A stretch of DNA of 64,000 nt from Gammaproteobacteria bacterium (GTDB taxonomy: Bacteria; Pseudomonadota; Gammaproteobacteria; Steroidobacterales; Steroidobacteraceae). The translations under genes and the position numbers were made by a program. The stretch is from positions 2,009-66,008 of the forward strand of contig JANYLM010000086.1 of the NCBI GenBank assembly GCA_025357835.1, in the 5' to 3' direction. The notes below the pieces were generated by a model. That model saw only the letters and a program-made list of their open reading frames with translations. It was not told the origin of the DNA and made no database searches. Below are positions 59,888 through 64,000 of the stretch, in pieces (the first letter of the stretch is position 1; each line of letters opens with the position of its first letter).

Positions 59888-60466
59888 ATGAAAAATACGA
59901 ATCTTGTCGGACTTCTAGCGGTGCCCTTGATGGTATTGGCACTAGCGTTGCCCGCGCGCGCGGCGGACTCCGGTTCTCCGGTCTCCTGCAAGGATGGCAC
60001 CACCTCCACGGCCTCCGGCCGAGGGGCGTGCAGCGGTCATGGCGGCGTACAGAAAGCATCGAAGAGCAAAGCGGCTGCGGAAGCGCCTGCTGCGGCCCCC
60101 GCCGCGCCTGCGGCCACGGGTATGCCCGCCACCTGCAAGGATGGCACTACTTCCACGGCCACAGGCCGAGGCGCGTGCAGCGGTCACGGCGGCATCCAGA
60201 AAGCATCGAAGAGCAAAGCGGCTGCGGAAACCACTGCCGCGGCCCCTGCACCGGCTGCAGCGACAGCACCGGCTCCCGCCGCGGCGGCAACGACGGCCGC
60301 CAAGTCCTCGGTTGTAGCTAAATCGGCGCCCGTTGAGGCGGCCAGCAATACCGATCCGACCGGAGCAACCGCCAAGTGCAAGGACGGGACTTATTCTAAG
60401 TCGACGCACCACGCCGGGACCTGTTCGAGCCACGGCGGTGTCGCCGCATGGCTGACGGCCAAGTAA
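59888..60466 (+). CDS. Secreted protein with three CKDGT...G.CS.HGG modules (DUF3761-like) separated by Ala/Pro-rich linkers
   Basis: GGAG RBS and the signal peptide MKNTNLVGLLAVPLMVLALALPARA. The modules are SCKDGTTSTASGRGACSGHGGV, TCKDGTTSTATGRGACSGHGGI and KCKDGTYSKSTHHAGTCSSHGGV. Confidence 0.75.
   Translation: MKNTNLVGLLAVPLMVLALALPARAADSGSPVSCKDGTTSTASGRGACSGHGGVQKASKSKAAAEAPAAAPAAPAATGMPATCKDGTTSTATGRGACSGHGGIQKASKSKAAAETTAAAPAPAAATAPAPAAAATTAAKSSVVAKSAPVEAASNTDPTGATAKCKDGTYSKSTHHAGTCSSHGGVAAWLTAK
59985..60231 (+). repeat. Tandem duplication with a 147-bp period; two near-identical cores of about 100 bp inside the DUF3761-like gene
   Basis: The sequence cctgcaaggatggcac...cagaaagcatcgaagagcaaagcggctgcggaa occurs at 59985 and again at 60132 with only a handful of substitutions. 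Confidence 0.85.
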
Positions 60467-60521
60467 GGCCCAATCCAGGTCAGTGCGGGTGGGCGGCGAT
60501 GAGGTGCGCTGTCCACCCGCC

Positions 60522-61172
60522 TTAGGGACCGTGGCCGACGTCGCGGCTACTGTGCAATAGCGGCTTCAAGGCCGTCCAGACATTCGCCAATAAGGGGGAT
60601 TGTCCGAGTTCGTTGGGATGAATTCCATCGGCTTGCATGAGATTCGGGTGAAGCGCGATGTCATTCAGCACAAAGGGCACCAGGGGCAATTTTTTGTCAC
60701 GAGCCAGATCCGTGTAACACAGGCGAAATTGCTCCGTGTAATCAGGGCCATAATTGGGCGGCATGCGCATACCCAACAGCAAGACTTTGGCGCCCGACGC
60801 CGCGGCGAGATCGACCATGCGCACCAAATTGGCGCGCATTTGCGCAATGGGCAGCGCGCGTAGACCATCATTGCCACCCAATTCCAAAATGACGATTTTG
60901 GGTTGATGCAGAGTCAGCGCCCGGGGCAGGCGTGCGACTCCGCCCGCGGTGGTTTCGCCGCTGACGCTGGCGTTGACGACTTGGTAACCGTACTCTTGGG
61001 TCCGGAGCCTCGTCTGCAGCAGCGCCACCCAGCCCGACTCGAAGCGCGCCAGCCCGTAGCCGGCGCTGATGCTATCGCCGAACACGAGAATCACCGACGT
61101 TTCGGCAGGTGCGGCGCCGTGGGCCGCGACGGACGCAGCAATCAATACCAATAGGACCAGAAGCCGTTTCAC
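60522..61172 (-). CDS. tesA: SGNH/GDSL arylesterase / acyl-CoA thioesterase I
   Basis: GTG start and a signal peptide, with VILVFGDSISAGYG, ELGGNDGLR and DGIHPN. It is divergent from ybbA with a 12-nt gap, as in E. coli. Confidence 0.9.
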   Translation of the reverse strand: MKRLLVLLVLIAASVAAHGAAPAETSVILVFGDSISAGYGLARFESGWVALLQTRLRTQEYGYQVVNASVSGETTAGGVARLPRALTLHQPKIVILELGGNDGLRALPIAQMRANLVRMVDLAAASGAKVLLLGMRMPPNYGPDYTEQFRLCYTDLARDKKLPLVPFVLNDIALHPNLMQADGIHPNELGQSPLLANVWTALKPLLHSSRDVGHGP

Positions 61173-61184
61173 AGGCGCTCCTCA

Positions 61185-61859
61185 ATGCAAGATCAAATCG
61201 TTCTCGAAGCTCGAAGCGTATCCAAGACTGTTGCCAGCCCGGAAGGGCAACTCACCATTCTCGCCGATGTAAGCCTCAATGTGCGAACCGGCGAGACCTT
61301 GGCCATTGTCGGCGCTTCAGGCGCGGGCAAGTCCACGCTGCTGGCCTTGCTCGCGGGCCTGGATTCTCCAAGCACGGGCCGAGTGTTCATCGCCGGCGTC
61401 GATTTGACTGAACTCGACGAGGATGGCCGCGCCGCTATTCGCGGCAAGCATGTTGGGTTCGTGTTTCAGTCGTTTCATTTGATACCGTCGCTCACCGCCG
61501 TTGAGAACGTCATGCTGCCGCTCGAGCTTGGCGGCCGGCGCGATGCGCGGCAGGCGGCTGTAGCTGCGCTTGCGCAAGTCGGCCTGACTCCGCGCCTGGC
61601 GCACTATCCCAAGCAACTATCGGGCGGCGAGCAACAGCGCGTGGCCATCGCGCGCGCCTTCGTCACGCATCCGGCCGTTTTGTTTGCGGATGAACCCACG
61701 GGCAATTTGGACACGGCCACCGGACAGCGCATTACCGATCTGCTGTTCGATCTCAATCGCAGCACGGGCAGCACCTTGGTGCTGGTGACGCATGATCGTG
61801 CATTGGCGGGGCGCTGCAATCGCGTCCTCGAGCTCGATGCCGGCCACGCGGTGAACTGA
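61185..61859 (+). CDS. ybbA: ABC transporter ATP-binding protein (YbbA/MacB-like type)
   Basis: Walker A GASGAGKSTLL, signature LSGGEQQRVAIARA, and Walker B VLFADEPTGNLD. Confidence 0.9.
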   Translation: MQDQIVLEARSVSKTVASPEGQLTILADVSLNVRTGETLAIVGASGAGKSTLLALLAGLDSPSTGRVFIAGVDLTELDEDGRAAIRGKHVGFVFQSFHLIPSLTAVENVMLPLELGGRRDARQAAVAALAQVGLTPRLAHYPKQLSGGEQQRVAIARAFVTHPAVLFADEPTGNLDTATGQRITDLLFDLNRSTGSTLVLVTHDRALAGRCNRVLELDAGHAVN

Positions 61860-64000
61860 TGCAAGTCCTGCGCTTCGCTTTGAGAAACTTATGGCGCGAT
61901 CTAAAATCCGGCGAACTCTCCGTGTTGTTGCTGGCGCTGGCAGTGGCGGTTCTATCCTTGACCGCCGTCGGTTTCTTCACCAGCCGCATATCGCAGGGAG
62001 TGCGTGCGCAAGCGGCGGAAGTGCTCGCCGCCGATCTGCGCCTGGAGGCGCCCAATCCCCTCCCGCCGCGCTACTTTGCCGAGGCGCAGGCCAGGGCTCT
62101 GAGGAGCGCGCGCATCTTGAGCTTTCCGACCGCGATATTCAGCGGCGATGTGAGTCAATTGGCCGCGCTCAACGCGGTGACGGCCACCTACCCTTTACGC
62201 GGCCACGTGCGTATTGCCGATGCGCCCTTCGGCGTGGCCCGCCCTACCGAGGGCGTCCCTAAGCGCGGTGAAGTCTGGATCGACGCGCGCATCATCGCTC
62301 AATTGAAAATAGCGCTGGGTGCGCCCCTGAGGATTGGTGCGGCAACATTTCGCGTCACCCAGGTGCTCGACTACCGGCCGGACCAGGGTACAGGCTTCGT
62401 GAATCTCGCACCGGCCGCGTTGCTCAATTATGACGATGTCGCTTCGACCCAGCTGATTCAGCCCGGCAGCCGCGTGACCTACGCCGCACTGTTTGCAGGC
62501 CCGACGGCGGCAATAGCGGAATTTCGCGAATATCTGGTATCTATCAAGGCGCCGGGCGAGCGGCTGCGCGAGGTCGATGAATCCAGCCGTCAATTGAATT
62601 CCGCCATCGATCGCGCCAGCCGTTTCCTCAATCTGGCGAGCCTTGCTTCCGTACTGCTGGCCGCGGTGGCGGTGGCCATGGGCGCCCGACGCTACGCGAC
62701 ACGACACATCGACGCCGTGGCATTGATGAAGTGCATGGGAGCTTCGCAGAGATTTGTGCTCGCCATATCGATCATCGAATTGACCTTGTTGGCGGTGTTC
62801 GCGGTGGCTATCGGGGCGCTGCTGGGCTATCTCGCGCAATCGGGCCTTGCTTGGGTTTTGCGCGATCTCATTCGCAGCGAATTGCCCGCCGCTTCGCTGG
62901 CGCCGCTGCCCATCGCACTCGTCACCGTGTTGGCCATGCTCATTGGTTTCGCTCTGCCGCCGCTGCTGCAGTTGAAAAGCACTCCGCCGGCCCGGGTGCT
63001 GCGCAAGAGCGTGAGCGCGCCGCCGCTGCGCTATGGCCTCAGCTACCTGCTGGCGCTGGCGGCGTTGTTCGCGATTCTGTGGAGCCTGGTGCGCGACACC
63101 GAGCTGGTGCTCTCGGTTCTTGCCGGCGTGTTGGGCGTGGGCTTGGTGCTGACGCTGGCGGGATTCGGTTTGGTGCGGCTCACGGGCCGGCTGCGCGGCG
63201 GGGTTGGGGTGGCGTGGCGCTACGGGCTTGCCAATGTGTCGCGCCGTGGCGGCGGCAGTGTGGTGCAAATCGTCGCCTTCGGCCTGGGGTTGATGGTGCT
63301 GCTGTTACTGGCGGTGGTGCGCGGTGATTTGCTCGCCGATTGGCGGCGCAGCCTGCCCGCCGATGTGCCGAACAATTTTCTGATCAATATACGCCCCGAG
63401 GAGCGGCAATCTCTGCAGGATTTCCTGCAGTCGCGCGGCTTGGGCAAGCCGTCCATGTTTCCCATGGTTCGTGCGCGCATTAGCGCCATTAATTCGCGAC
63501 CCAGTGAATCTCTAAAATTTCCCGGCGATGCCGGCCGCGGGTTCTTGGAACGGGAGCAGAACCTAACTTGGTCGGCCGGCTTGATGGAAGACAATCAATT
63601 GATCGCGGGACAGTGGTGGACCGGCGCAGACGCGGGCAAGCCATTGGTCTCCATCTCGTCCGAATATCAAGAGGCCTTGCAGTTGAAATTGGGAGATAAG
63701 CTCAGCTTCGATGTCGCGGGAGAAAGCTTGACCGTGCAGGTGGCCAGCATCCGCAAGATTCGCTGGGATAGCTTCCGGCCGAATTTCTTTCTGGTATTCC
63801 CGCCGGGACTCTTGGACGGCGCGGCGGGAACGTACATGACCAGCGTGTTTTTGACCCAGGCGCAGCGCCCGGCATTGGTCGATCTGGTGCGTCAATTTCC
63901 GACCATCTCGGTGTTCGATGTCGATGCCATCCTCAAGCAAATCCGCGGCATCATAGATCGTGCCTCTCTGGCCGTGCAGTATGTCTTTCTGTTCACTCTG
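61859..64000 (+). CDS. ybbP: ABC transporter permease with FtsX-like domains (YbbP-like); 3' end lies outside the window
   Basis: Not in the supplied track because it never terminates. The ATG at 61859 overlaps the ybbA stop (TGATG). Hand translation gives MQVLRFALRNLWRDLKSGELSVLLLALAVAVLSLTAVGFF...ALMKCMGASQRFVL... and is open through base 64000 (714 codons). I verified the translation at the start and the end of the frame, not over the whole length. Confidence 0.8.
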   Translation, partial: MQVLRFALRNLWRDLKSGELSVLLLALAVAVLSLTAVGFFTSRISQGVRAQAAEVLAADLRLEAPNPLPPRYFAEAQARALRSARILSFPTAIFSGDVSQLAALNAVTATYPLRGHVRIADAPFGVARPTEGVPKRGEVWIDARIIAQLKIALGAPLRIGAATFRVTQVLDYRPDQGTGFVNLAPAALLNYDDVASTQLIQPGSRVTYAALFAGPTAAIAEFREYLVSIKAPGERLREVDESSRQLNSAIDRASRFLNLASLASVLLAAVAVAMGARRYATRHIDAVALMKCMGASQRFVLAISIIELTLLAVFAVAIGALLGYLAQSGLAWVLRDLIRSELPAASLAPLPIALVTVLAMLIGFALPPLLQLKSTPPARVLRKSVSAPPLRYGLSYLLALAALFAILWSLVRDTELVLSVLAGVLGVGLVLTLAGFGLVRLTGRLRGGVGVAWRYGLANVSRRGGGSVVQIVAFGLGLMVLLLLAVVRGDLLADWRRSLPADVPNNFLINIRPEERQSLQDFLQSRGLGKPSMFPMVRARISAINSRPSESLKFPGDAGRGFLEREQNLTWSAGLMEDNQLIAGQWWTGADAGKPLVSISSEYQEALQLKLGDKLSFDVAGESLTVQVASIRKIRWDSFRPNFFLVFPPGLLDGAAGTYMTSVFLTQAQRPALVDLVRQFPTISVFDVDAILKQIRGIIDRASLAVQYVFLFTL

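Noticed and set aside
62195-63268. Long antisense ORFs: 357 aa here, and also 36135..37292 (385 aa), 5483..6631 (382 aa), 27715..28752 (345 aa), 19832..20842 (336 aa) and 30479..31501 (340 aa).
   Set aside because: All lie opposite well-supported genes (ybbP, gltA, cox subunits, spoT, bioD/DUF2244, yicC). They have Arg/His/Gln/Pro-rich, low-complexity translations typical of stop-codon-poor antisense frames in GC-rich DNA, and no recognisable motifs.
1-64000. Search for mobile elements, prophage remnants, toxin-antitoxin or defence systems, and secondary-metabolite genes.
   Set aside because: No transposase, integrase, recombinase, phage structural, restriction-modification, Cas, nuclease-ATPase pair or NRPS/PKS-like ORF is present. 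No flanking direct or inverted repeats or tRNA integration sites were seen. GC content is uniform apart from short promoter regions.

Overview
This is a GC-rich (roughly 62-66 % G+C by eye) proteobacterial chromosomal segment, over 90 % coding, with about 65 genes that are almost all core housekeeping. Bases 5.0-20.2 kb (minus strand) form a respiratory super-cluster. It contains an alternative A-family haem-copper oxidase operon: subunit II fused to two c-haem domains, subunit I, two subunit-III paralogues, subunit IV and an orphan subunit-II transmembrane hairpin. It also contains a canonical DUF2244-coxB-coxA-ctaG-coxC / SURF1-ctaA-ctaB locus, with cytochrome c5 and two HIG1-like twin-TM genes on the opposite strand. 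The middle of the window carries bioB-bioC-bioD, ubiC-ubiA, recG-ridA-spoT-rpoZ-gmk and yicC on the minus strand. These are followed on the plus strand by PP2C phosphatase-rph-rdgB-hemW, rpmE and gltA. The right part carries a secreted PQQ-like beta-propeller, a Deg-like serine protease, a TonB-dependent receptor, and mrcA divergent from pilMNOPQ. It continues with aroK-aroB-dgt-hemE, fadD, two small secreted proteins, and tesA divergent from ybbA-ybbP. The synteny (mrcA<>pilMNOPQ-aroKB, gmk-rpoZ-spoT-ridA-recG, Pseudomonas-like cox locus) points to a Gamma- or possibly Betaproteobacterium. I found no rRNA, tRNA, CRISPR array, transposase, integrase or recognisable defence gene. I do not see an unmistakable novel multi-gene system. 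The best leads are: (1) a 600-aa Ig-like-repeat lipoprotein inserted between pilQ and aroK and apparently sharing the pil transcript; (2) an AT-rich tract plus a cluster of DnaA boxes, one a perfect TTATCCACA, upstream of rpmE; (3) the orphan COX2 transmembrane-hairpin gene and the dihaem-fused subunit II of the alternative oxidase; (4) in-frame tandem repeats in bioB, the pil-linked lipoprotein and a DUF3761-like protein. Start codons were re-chosen by hand where the supplied ORFs carried obvious N-terminal read-through.
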